A stretch of 64,000 bases of DNA from Patescibacteria group bacterium UBA5532. GTDB lineage: Bacteria > Patescibacteriota > Gracilibacteria > BD1-5 > UBA2023. Within the stretch, counting starts at the first letter, position 1, and each line of letters begins with the position of its first letter. The stretch spans positions 17,634-81,633 of the forward strand of contig DINU01000003.1 of assembly GCA_002426885.1 (NCBI GenBank), read 5' to 3'. Below, piece after piece: positions 34,633 to 44,808 of the stretch. Made by a program: the position numbers and the translations under genes. Under the pieces are notes generated by a model. It was given only the letters and a program-made list of their open reading frames with translations, was not told where the DNA came from and ran no database searches.

Positions 34633-36075
34633 TTACATAAGTGGAGAGAAGAGATAGAGAAGTTTCTCGGCTATTTTTACGATTCGCTTTCTTTTTTTCC
34701 AGTCTACAAGAAGTATCTGCTCAGCATCTTTCAGATCCTTGTGAAATGCAGACATAAGCTCTCTTGCAAGCCCCTCGCTATACACGATGACATTCGTCTC
34801 GAAGTTCAGGTCAAAGCTGCGAATATCGAGATTCGCAGTTCCGACGACAGAAACAAGTTCATCGCAGACGATCGTTTTCGCATGAATAAATCATTTTTTA
34901 TATCGATAAATCTCGACTCAGGACTCGAGCAGATCCTGATAGTGCGACTGTGAAGTCATATTCACGACACGAGAATCTCAGATATACGGGACGAGAAGGC
35001 GTATCCGTACACCACGAAGCGTGGCTATGGTGATCGCATCAAGAAAAGATCTGTCCGGGATAAAATACGGGGTCGTGATGCATATCTCCTTCTTCGCGAG
35101 AAGGATCATCTGGATGAGAGAGTAGAGGATATTCGGATGGTCTGAATCGGGTCCACTTGAGACGATTTGCACAGATTCGTTCCCATAACTTTCCTTCATA
35201 TCACGGAATGGAAAATATTCTTCTGAGAATCCAATATTCTGATTCGCACAGAAATTCCAGTCAGTCAGAAATGTATACTGGAGATTAAACACTGCAGGTC
35301 ATGTAATACGCAGATGTGTATCACGCCAAAAAAGTGAATTCTTTTTCGTATTTATATACGAATCCGCGATATTTATCCCACCGAGAAAACCATCTATTCC
35401 ATCTATGACGATAATTTTTCGATGATTTCGATAATTCATTCGATTTGCGAACTGTACGAGATTCAGTTTATAGAATGGAAATGCCTCTATCCCAGCACTG
35501 CGTAATTTCTTGACCAGTGTTTTTCGGATAAATTGACTCCCATAATCATCGTACATAAAACGAATCTTCACTCATTCATTTGCCTTCTGGATAAGAATAT
35601 CAGCGATATCATTCCCGATCGTATCATCCTCATAAATATAGTATTCCAGATGGATATGATGTTTTGCTTGTTTCAGTGCATCCAGGAGTTCAGGAAATTT
35701 TTCTTCGCCATTTATCAGAAGCTTTACTGAGTTCTGATTCGAAAAAATACCACTATGCATGAGAAATTGTGCAAGTGGGAAAAAATATGCAAGGGCATCT
35801 TCCTGTCCGATAAAAACCTTGCGTCTATATTCTTGGATTGCATCTTCCAGTTCTGGAAAAGCCTGTTTATCGAAGTCAATCTTCTTCTTGTAGAGTTTTC
35901 TTTTTCTGTAATTTAATCCAACACTCAGATAAAAAATAATCCCAATAACGGGGACAAGAATGATAAATAATAGATACGCAAGCGTCTTACTTGGTGCACT
36001 TGACTCAAAAATAACTCGCGCACACACAAGTAAGACGATGCAAAGATATAGTACGGAAAGAAAAGCAAGAGACAT
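34633..36075 (-). CDS. cls: Cardiolipin synthase (PLD superfamily, 480 aa)
   Basis: Two N-terminal TM helices. Two HKD motifs: NHRKIIVIDG...GGINI and FIHAKTIVCDE...GTANLD. Track ORFs 35572-36075, 35299-35571 and 34978-35292 are joined by TGA, with 2 further TGA. TAA at 34633-34635. Confidence 0.9.
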
Positions 36076-36104
36076 TGAAATGCGTTTAGTGCAAGATATT
36101 CTCT

Positions 36105-36683
36105 TTATTTCTCGATCGGCTTGAGAAAGTTATGAAGTTTTCTGACTTTGAGAGAAAGCATAATATTAAAGACTCCTGATACGATAAATCCGAGTGCCGT
36201 CCACACGACGAGAGTCATACCCGCAAAGACTGGATTTACGATGAGAATACATGAGAAGACGACTCCGAGGATTCCGAGAGCCATGAGCCATCCCCATCCG
36301 CTTACGTTATAATGCTTGAGATCGAAAGAAAATCCGATCGCACCCAGTGATCGAAAAAGAAAAACAAATCCGACATAGAGTGGCAGAATGACCATAGTAA
36401 GCCCGAAATTCGAGATAAGGAATATTCCGAAAAGGAGTGTAAAAAGTCCGAGCACGAGTGACCACCCCCAGTTTTGCATTTCTTTTCTATTTACGACTGC
36501 GAAAACTGACTCGAAAATACCCGAAAAGAGAAATGACAGACCAAAGAAAAGAGCGAGTCCCAAATATGAATCCATAGGATAAAAAAACATCCAAATACCA
36601 AACGCCACAAAAAGAATACCGACAATCAAAAGCAGATACCAGTGCTTCATTGACTGCATCATGTGAGAGATAGAAGTTTCCAT
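36105..36683 (-). CDS. HdeD/DUF308-like membrane protein (192 aa)
   Basis: METSISHMMQSMKHWYLLLIVGILFVAFGIWMFFYP, followed by repeated G-rich TM hairpins (six TM). Start chosen at the ATG at 36683 within track ORF 36105-36749. No TGA. Confidence 0.6.
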   Translation of the reverse strand: METSISHMMQSMKHWYLLLIVGILFVAFGIWMFFYPMDSYLGLALFFGLSFLFSGIFESVFAVVNRKEMQNWGWSLVLGLFTLLFGIFLISNFGLTMVILPLYVGFVFLFRSLGAIGFSFDLKHYNVSGWGWLMALGILGVVFSCILIVNPVFAGMTLVVWTALGFIVSGVFNIMLSLKVRKLHNFLKPIEK

Positions 36684-36870
36684 AGGAAAAAAGGTGAAAA
36701 AATAAAAAAGTGAATATTGGTATTGGAAATACCTCTGAATTATAGGCAAACTTCCCTTTTTGCAAATATCCTCAGTATATTTTCCTTTTCATTCATATTT
36801 TTGCTATTATAAGGAATTTTCTTCTGAGAAAATCCCCACTATAGAGCCACGCCGAAAAAGAGAAATTACT

Positions 36871-38487
36871 TTATCGCTGGCAATCATAGAGAAAATACTC
36901 GGGCTTCTCATCACGAAGCTGACAGACATCATGAAGCCACGAGAATTCCTCGAGATTCGCACAGTTCCGAAGGACGAAAATATGAGTAAATCCCTGCGCC
37001 AGAACTGGATCGATCAGATGTCCGCTCGATGAGAGAAAATCTTCGATAATTTTACTCTCAGGATTGAGAGAATTCGAGTACAGCGCAGGACCCATCTCGA
37101 TATTATCTGCACTGACTGCAGAGAGAGGAGAAAAAAATGACGCCATCGGATTTGCGATCACACGTTTATTCGTCCAGTCACACCCCATATAAGAATGCCA
37201 CGGAAGAATCAGCGTCCTACTCTCAGGAGCACTCGTGAGGAGCTCCGCACGAACAGTGCTAAAACTCTCTGGATACTGCATCGTAGAGAGTTGACCCCGA
37301 AAGCCAAAAAGCATTCCCGGACTCCAGAGTACGATCCCGAGAACGAGCAATCCAGAGAGAAGCATCTGAAAGAAACGATCACGAATCCGATCGAGAAGCC
37401 ATCCAGTAGTGATCAGAAAACCGATTCATTCTATGATCATCAGAAGTCCGATCCATTTCTGTGGCTCACGATACCCACGAAATAAAGGTGCATGCTCGTA
37501 CATCCAGTCAATAATCGGACGACTCCATGACGTCGCGATTCCGAGTCAGAGGATGAATGCGACGAGGCTCATCACGATGAGAATCACACCCATCTGTGTT
37601 ATTTTTTTCTGCTTCTGAAAAAAGAGGAAGAGAATCCCAAAAAATGAAAAAAAGAAAAAAATCCCTCAGAAAATATACCAGTACGGACTTATTCCTGATG
37701 GGATCGCAAGATGGAGTCATTCTCACCAGAATCCATACAGAAGCAGATTGCTCATCTCCACGCCAAGTGGTGGAGTCGCACGTGACAGAAATGCGAGCAG
37801 ATTCGCATCGGAGAATGTCGCGACATTCGCGACGGCATTCGAAGAAATATCGAGAAATGGAGCACTGAGCCAGCTCAGATTCAGCAGGAGTAAAATCCCG
37901 CCGACCATCAAGAGCGAGACAAACGTCGTGATGGTACGCAGTCGGAAAATCGCGTACAATGTGTACACAAGACCGATCATATACGTCGCATGTGGAAAGG
38001 CTGCCCACGAGATTCCGAATATTACTCATGACGTGAGGAGATTTTTTCTCTCATCTTCTGTGAAAAACGCTCGAAAAAGAAAATACACCCCCCATCCGAA
38101 CGTAATCACTCAGAATGCGATCAGTGGCTGTGTCATCATCCGCTCATACATAAATGGATTCAGCATGAAGTAAGTCGCTCCGAGTAACTCGAGGAGAAGT
38201 GTTTTTCTATAGGAAAAAAGATGAGAAATCGCCTGCGCAAAAGTACGACCGAGATATCCAGCACTGAGGAGCGTCACCCCGAAGAATGCAAGAGAGGTAA
38301 AAGAAGAACCGAGAACAGTATTTCAGAAATATAAAACCCACTCGGTCATCGGTCTATATCAGAGAAAAGGCGCATTCGGAACAAAAACATAATCGAGGAG
38401 ATTCAGCACTCCTCCACTGAAGAGTGTCGCTCACATCACGATGAGAACGAGCAGAAATATCCAGATATGTGGGAAAATACGTGCCAT
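36871..38487 (-). CDS. Large polytopic membrane protein (538 aa), unknown function
   Basis: ATG at 38487 (MARIFPHIWIFLLVLIVMGATLFSGGVLNLLDYVFVPNAPFLGYRPMTEW...). Track ORFs 37723-37980 and 36871-37365 are in this frame. The gaps were translated by hand with only TGA interruptions. The C-terminal 160 aa are soluble (LILPWHSYMGCDWTNKRVIANP...). TAA at 36871-36873. Confidence 0.7.
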
Positions 38488-38498
38488 ACAAGAAGAGG

Positions 38499-39251
38499 TT
38501 ATTCATTTTCATGTCGTATTCTTCTCGGCTGAGAGAGATCGATCGGAGTAAAGAGAAGGGCTGGAAAAAGAAGAAACGCAAGAAGCTCGATAACACTATA
38601 CTTAATCGTCAGCGTCCATCCATCCGTCTGAAGCATGAACCACACCATCGCCACAAGAAGAAGAAATGGCATAACGAGGATAAAATATCTCGAAAACCCT
38701 CGAAGTGCATCGACATATTCTGTGAGAAATTGTGGCGTCCGCACCTTCGAGAAGAAGTATCCGTATATCCGTACAATCGTACCAGAAAGAAGCTCACTTA
38801 TAACTCACAAGACGAGACAATAATAGAGAAGGATCGAGAAGAGCTGTGCCTGATTCTGATCAGAAATCCCGAGAAATAGTATCACCATCCCGAGAAACAC
38901 GAGCGCAAGAAGAAAGAGTATACGTGCATCGAGAATCCGAAAAAGTGTAAAAAGCCAGAGCGTACACATCGTCCAGATAATAATGCTCGGATGAAAAAAG
39001 AGAATCCCGAGTGACGCGATCACAATCGTAAGAATTGCCGGAAAAAATGGAGCAACTCCATCTCTCTCTCGTGTCGTACCTATAAAATCAATCCCAAATA
39101 TCCAGACCGGAAGAAACAGGAGTGGAGCAAATGTCAGAAAATGCGAGGACAGTATGCCTCACTGAAATACGAGAATACACTCCAGAATCACGAATATCGC
39201 GACGACAATCCAGAGGAGAAGGAGTGGAAGGGGGATTTTATATGGAAACAT
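38499..39251 (-). CDS. Polytopic membrane protein (250 aa), unknown function
   Basis: ATG at 39251 (MFPYKIPLPLLLWIVVAIFVILECILVFQGGILSSHF...). Track ORFs 38805-39023 and 38499-38744 are in one frame. TAA at 38499-38501, 11 nt before the next start. Confidence 0.65.
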
Positions 39252-39433
39252 GGGAGGAATATATTCGAGAGTAAAAATATCTCGAGCAAGAGTATAGTGA
39301 AAAATGAATTCTTTCAAAGGCAAGGGAAGATTTTCTCATTTTTACCAAGGAAAAAATCGTATCTCAATCAGATATTTTCCTTTCTGAATTTTCTGATGTG
39401 CAGAGTCATGAATGGAAGTCATGTACAGTGATT

Positions 39434-40300
39434 TTATCACCAGAGAGAGATAAAAATCACTCCGAGAAGGATGATGCATGTGGCAAGAGACTTCTGTAAG
39501 AGGTCTTGCTCTCTGAAGTACCAGCCTCCGATAATCACAGAGAATATCGCAGAAGAAGCCCTCATGGCACTCGTGTACGAGGAGAGAATTTCTGATATAA
39601 CATACATCTGAGCGACGATGACAGAGGTATACAGTATAACAATGGTCACAAGTGCGATTTTCATGTCAGAGAGACGCTCGAGTGTCGCCTTGGTTTTTCC
39701 CTTCATCTGACCGATACTCAGAAAGAAGACACTCAGATTCATGAGGATAACCCAGAAAATCGGTGATGATGCGAGGACTCACATCTTATCGATCGTGACG
39801 GTAAAACCATAACATGCGATCGAAATGAGATACATTTGTGAGCCTTTGTTGTGAAATATTTGCGTAAATGGTGTGTACCAGTGAGCATTTTCTTTCTTGA
39901 AAGAGAGAACATAGACTCAGACGAGGATCAGAATCAGTCCGATCGCACCAGAGAACGAGGGTACTTCCCCGAGCAGGATGAATGAAGTCAGTGCAGCATT
40001 GGCGGTCACGAGTCACTTCAGCGGAGTAATGTATGATATCTCCCCATGTTTTAGCGCATTAAAAGCGAAGAATTTCCCTCCATAATACAGAATCGCCCCG
40101 AAAATAAATACCCACCAGAACCCTGGCGCAAGCACAGGAATTCCTGTGTGAAAGAGCGGAGGGACGAGTAGAAGTGCACTGACAAGCGATACGATTCCCG
40201 CCAGCACATTCGCGTCGACATGTTTTACGGTTTTCTTGATAAAGATATCCTTCCATGCATTCAGGAAAGAGAGAAAGAAGAAAGCGATAACATAGATCAT
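39434..40300 (-). CDS. EamA/DMT-superfamily transporter (288 aa)
   Basis: Ten-TM layout with two EamA halves. Track ORFs 40013-40366 and 39437-39742 are in one frame, and the gap was checked. TGA at 39437 is immediately followed by TAA at 39434-39436. Start taken at the ATG at 40300. Confidence 0.75.
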
Positions 40301-40388
40301 GTACTGATTCTGTCTGAAAGGATAGGATATTCCCGAGGGAGGGAAAATTGAAAAGAAGGAAAACACTTAATCCCTCTTATTCATTATA

Positions 40389-43300
40389 TTATTTTACCAC
40401 GATGGAGAGCATTTTATTCGGGATAAATATCTCCTTCACGATCTCTTTTCCCTCGAGCCATTTCGCGATATTCGGATCAGCAGAGACGACTGCGGAGACT
40501 TCCTCCTGTGAGACGCCCGTAAGGAAGGAAAAAGTTCATCGTAATTTTCCACCGATTTGGACCGCGATCGTCACTTCGTCATCGATAAGCATGAAGTCGT
40601 CATATTTCGGCCAGGAAGCGAAGAAGAGAGACTCATATTTATAGCCGAAGATTTCCGCGAAAAGCTGAGTCTGCATGAGAAATTCTTTCTGATAGTCTGC
40701 TTCTGTCGTCTCCGATGCACTTCTTCCGGTGATCTTCGAGATATAGAGACTCCGCATCGGGACGCTCTCATCGAGCTCTCCGAGGATCTGATCCGTCAGG
40801 ACATAGTCACGCGTGTACTCCCCTGTCTTCACACTTCCATCTGGGAAGAGGACCGCAAAAGCATCTTTATAGAAGAAGTCGACTTTCCCTCCCGCATCGC
40901 GCGCGATCGTCCGGTAAAAATCCTGCATCAGACGTGCTAGCTCTGACGCACTCACTTCATGTTCGGTTTTTCCGAGCTTCTCGAGTACGACTCTCCGCAC
41001 TTTTGTCGGCTCGAAATCCTGATCCTTAAAATACACAGCCGTGTCAGCGACCACAAGTGGCGCATCTCGCTCGATACCCCTGTATGCCTCGAGCTTCTGG
41101 AGTGCACACTCCATCGGAGTCGCCCCTGTCTCTTCCGTATCGATCAGATGGGGGAATGATTCGATCACGACGGATGGATCCAGTGGGGAAAATGCCTTCT
41201 GAGCGCGGGAGATTTTCCCTGCATTCCCTGTCGCAAAGTAAATCTTCGGAAAATGTGTCGATTTTTTACCCTGCTCTTTCTGGAAATACTCAAAACATTC
41301 TTCTGCTATATGTGGCGCGAACGGATGAAGCAGTCCAAGGAAAGACTCTTTCCACTGATCTCGAAGCTCCTCATCTTTCGGAAGTCAGGTGTTCATGACG
41401 ATGATAAGCTGAGCAATCGCTGTGTTAAATTTATAATTATCGATCCCTTCCCCGATCTGCTGGATCGCCTTATGAAGCGTCTTCATCGCGAGCATGTCAT
41501 CCTCGGCGTATTTTTCTTTTCCTTCGATAAAAAGCGTATAGACTCTATCGAGGAATCTCCGCATTCCGATCATCGCGGTCGTATCCCATGGCGCCGAGTC
41601 CTTGAAGTCCGCGAGATACATCTCATACATACGAAGGCTATCTGCTCCGTATTCTCGGATAATATCATCTGGATTGACGACATTTTTCAGAGATTTTGAC
41701 ATCTTGGCGACGACTCGCTTCACGAGCTCTCCTGTCTGTATCTCATAGAATTTTCCATCTTTTTCCTCGACGAGATCGACTGCCACGAGTCCGCCATTTT
41801 CTCGCTCATAGGCATATGCGAGGATCATCCCCTGATTTCGGAGTCGGTAAAATGGCTCTGTGGTCGAGACGACACCGATATCGAAGAGAAATTTATGCCA
41901 GAATCGTGCATAGAGCAAGTGGAGTACTGCATGCTCTGCTCCTCCGACATAGGAGTCGATACTTTTCCAGTACTGCTCGATCTCGGGAGCGACAAGTGCT
42001 CTGGTATCGTGTGGATCCATGTATCGGAGATAATACCAGCAACTTCCCGCCCACTGAGGCATTGTATTGGTTTCGCGTTTTCCAGAGAGATTCTTCGCGA
42101 GCTGTACATGGACGAATTCTGGGATATTTGTCAGTGGAGAGTTTCCGTCTCCAGCAGGTTCGAAGCGCTCTGTCTCAGGCAGACGAAGTGGAAGATCGTA
42201 ATCGCAGACGATTTTCCCGTAGATTCCATCGTAGATCTTACTCACGACTTTCCCTCCGATTACGAGTTCACGTATATTCCCTGAGCAGTTACATGTAGCT
42301 CCAGCGGTTCGCTCCCCATCATACGGTGGTCGCTTCAGGACGTATGCCATCTCGGGATCGATCGCCTGAGTAATATCATGAATATGAGGAATTTTCTTCA
42401 GATCTTCTTTTGCGAGGTGAATCAGTGGAATCGGCTCACCCCAGTAACGCTGTCGAGAGAAGAGCCAGTCACGGAGTTTATAGTTTACTTTTTTCTGACC
42501 GAATCCCTGTGTCTCTGCAAAATCTGTCAGCACTTCGCGAGCCTTCTCGGAAGTCAGTCCTGTGAAATCTCAGGAATCTACAAGGATTCCGTCGTCAGTG
42601 AGAGCCTCTTCTCAGTGATAAAATAACTTCCAATATCGTGAATGTCCGTGCCATGTAATCTCTTGTTCCACTATATCTTTCTCGACCCATTTCAATGTGT
42701 GTTTTCCTGTATCGACTTCAGATTCCCTCCGGTTCTCTGATCGAAGTATCACATGAAATACTCTTCATGTGGTACTTAAATTTCTACCACTTCTGTATCA
42801 TAGAAATTGCGAACGAGAAAGGGGAACAGGAGAAATGACTTCAAAATCAGAGTATCCTGTCTCCTCCAAGAGTTCACGAGTAATAGTATCGAGTTCGGAT
42901 TCTCAGCCTTCCATTCATCATCACACAAAGTGAACATGTCTGCCATTTTCTTGTTCTTCGATCTCAAGAAGAATTTCTCATTTTTCATTTTCCACGATGA
43001 TATCCACGATTTTTCGCTCTACTATATCAAGTCATTCTCGTACTCTACTTTCTCATGTGTATGCATGCTGATATGCGATACTCTGTTGTATCGGTAAATT
43101 ATACTTCTTCGCGAAAGCAAAATCGCGTTCATCATGTGCTGGGACCGCCATCACCGCCCCCGTTCCATAACTTCCGAGGACATAGTCCGCGATCCAGAGC
43201 GGAACTGACTCATTATTATATGGATTTACGAGATACGATCCAGTGAAGACACCGGTTTTTTCTTTACCATCGGCGGTACGATCCTGATCCGATATCTGAG

Positions 43301-44747
43301 CGGACTTCTGGATATACGCCTCGCACTCCTGCCCCTGCTCCTCGGTGATGAAGTCCTGTACATTCGGATGATCAGGCGCGATCACAGCATAGGTCATCCC
43401 GAACACAGTATCGATACGAGTCGTATAGACGCGGATGGAATGCTGGGGGTTTTTCTGGATTTTCATGAAAATCGCTCGCTCGCGGATCGTCGCATCTGTC
43501 AGATCTTCCCCGTACGACTTCCATACTTTTCTGAGCTTCTCGAGCTGAAAATCGAGGGGTGTATCGAGAAATGTACATCAGAATCGCTCATAGTACGGTG
43601 CGAGCTCCTTCGTGCAGTCGAGATAAAACTCTACTCCGTCGCTCATCTCCATCGCATAGGAAAGGAGCTCGTGTCCGAGTTTTTTTCCGCGATATGCAGG
43701 ATCGACATAGAGTGCCCCGAGTTCATGATACATACCATACTGTGCCACTCGCACAAATCCGACGATCATATCATTTTTCTTTGTGACGAAGAATTGCTCA
43801 GGCGCGAAATCGACAGTATGCAAATCCGTCGCTTTTCGAATCTCGAGAATCCGCTCGAAATCTTCTGAAGTTGCATGAGAAAAAGAAATATCTGAAAAAT
43901 CTCATTTCATCTCTTCTTCATTAACTTTCGGAATGGCTCCGAATTTACTATCTGCAAATGAGGGCTTTGCCGGACGATTGAGTTCACCTAGATTTTTCTG
44001 GAGAGGTAGCTCTCATTTTTTTGTTGTCTTTTTCATCTCGAACTCACATCCCTCACTTTTCCCGATCCAGTTGCGCTGCATATCTTTTATCCCCTCGGGC
44101 CAGTCGAGATCATCGACATCCTTGAGAAGCCGATCAGCATACTTCGTAATCGCGAGGACCCACTGACGGATTTTTCTTTTTTCGACTTTTGTCCCACAGC
44201 GCTCGCAGGTGAAATCAGAGAGAACCTCTTCATTCGCGAGTCCCGTCTTACAGCTCGGACAATAGTTAATCGGGAGATCCTGCTCATATGCGAGCCCTTG
44301 CTCGAAGAGCTTCAGAAAAATCCACTGTGTCCAGCGATAATACTCTGGATCCGTCGTGTCAATCTCGCGTGTCCAGTCATAGCTAAATCCGAGTTTTTTC
44401 AGCTGTCCAGAAAATGTGTGAATATTTTCCTTCGTGACGATCGCCGGGTGGATCCCTGTCTTGATCGCATAATTCTCAGCCGGAAGTCAGAAGGCATCCC
44501 ACCCCATCGCATGCAGAACGCGAAATCCCTGCGCATGCTTGTATCGCGCCATGATGTCATTCGCTGTGAATCCCTTCGGATGCCCGACATGGAGCCCTGC
44601 TCCACTCGGATATGGAAACATGTCAAGCGCGCAAAACTTCGGAACCCGAAAATCTTCTGCACTTTCTGGATTCGCGACGTTATACGTCCCTCTATTTTCC
44701 CAGATTTTTTGCCATTTCTCCTCGATGGCTCGATGATCGTATCCCAT
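40389..44747 (-). CDS. leuS: Leucyl-tRNA synthetase, 1452 aa, with three in-frame inserted domains
   Basis: All canonical LeuRS blocks are present and colinear. These are HIGH ([15 protein letters not shown]), GWDAF[G]LPAE, a Zn knuckle ([23 protein letters not shown]), [11 protein letters not shown]1 ([22 protein letters not shown] and [25 protein letters not shown]), [27 protein letters not shown] ([10 protein letters not shown]), [12 protein letters not shown] and the C-terminal WPKYD...VQIGGKLRG. 4359 nt with 17 TGA and no TAA/TAG; all gaps between track ORFs were translated by hand. TAA at 40389-40391. Confidence 0.9.
40632..41262 (-). other. Ham1/RdgB (ITPase)-like domain inserted between the LeuRS anticodon-binding and C-terminal domains
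   Basis: [19 protein letters not shown]...[22 protein letters not shown]...[11 protein letters not shown]. This resembles the A-T-G-N-x-x-K, E-E-T-G-x-T-x-x-E-N-A and A-D-D-S-G-L blocks of RdgB/Ham1. Flanked by [14 protein letters not shown] and [11 protein letters not shown]. Confidence 0.55.
42612..43050 (-). other. Nudix hydrolase domain inserted in the C-terminal part of the LeuRS CP1 domain
   Basis: Complete Nudix box, G-x5-E-x7-R-E-U-x-E-E-x-G-U: V[G][G][G]MEG[G][17 protein letters not shown]. Four of its Gly are TGA (42903-42923). Flanked by ...[10 protein letters not shown] and ...[24 protein letters not shown]. Confidence 0.8.
43467..44030 (-). other. GNAT acetyltransferase domain inserted in LeuRS at the entry to the CP1 editing domain
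   Basis: Lies between ...[10 protein letters not shown] and [18 protein letters not shown]... Sequence: [60 protein letters not shown] (GNAT motif A, R-G-x-x-L-G). Same frame as the flanking LeuRS sequence. Confidence 0.75.
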
Positions 44748-44808
44748 ATGAAAAGAAGAATATAAAACGCTCTATTTTTACTCTAAAAAGCGAGAAATAC
44801 AAGGAAAA

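Noticed and set aside
40389-44747. Inteins or nested independent genes as the explanation for the oversized leuS
   Set aside because: The inserts carry GNAT, Nudix and ITPase-like motifs, not intein splicing blocks. They have no start or stop signals of their own, and no TAA/TAG occurs anywhere in 4359 nt.
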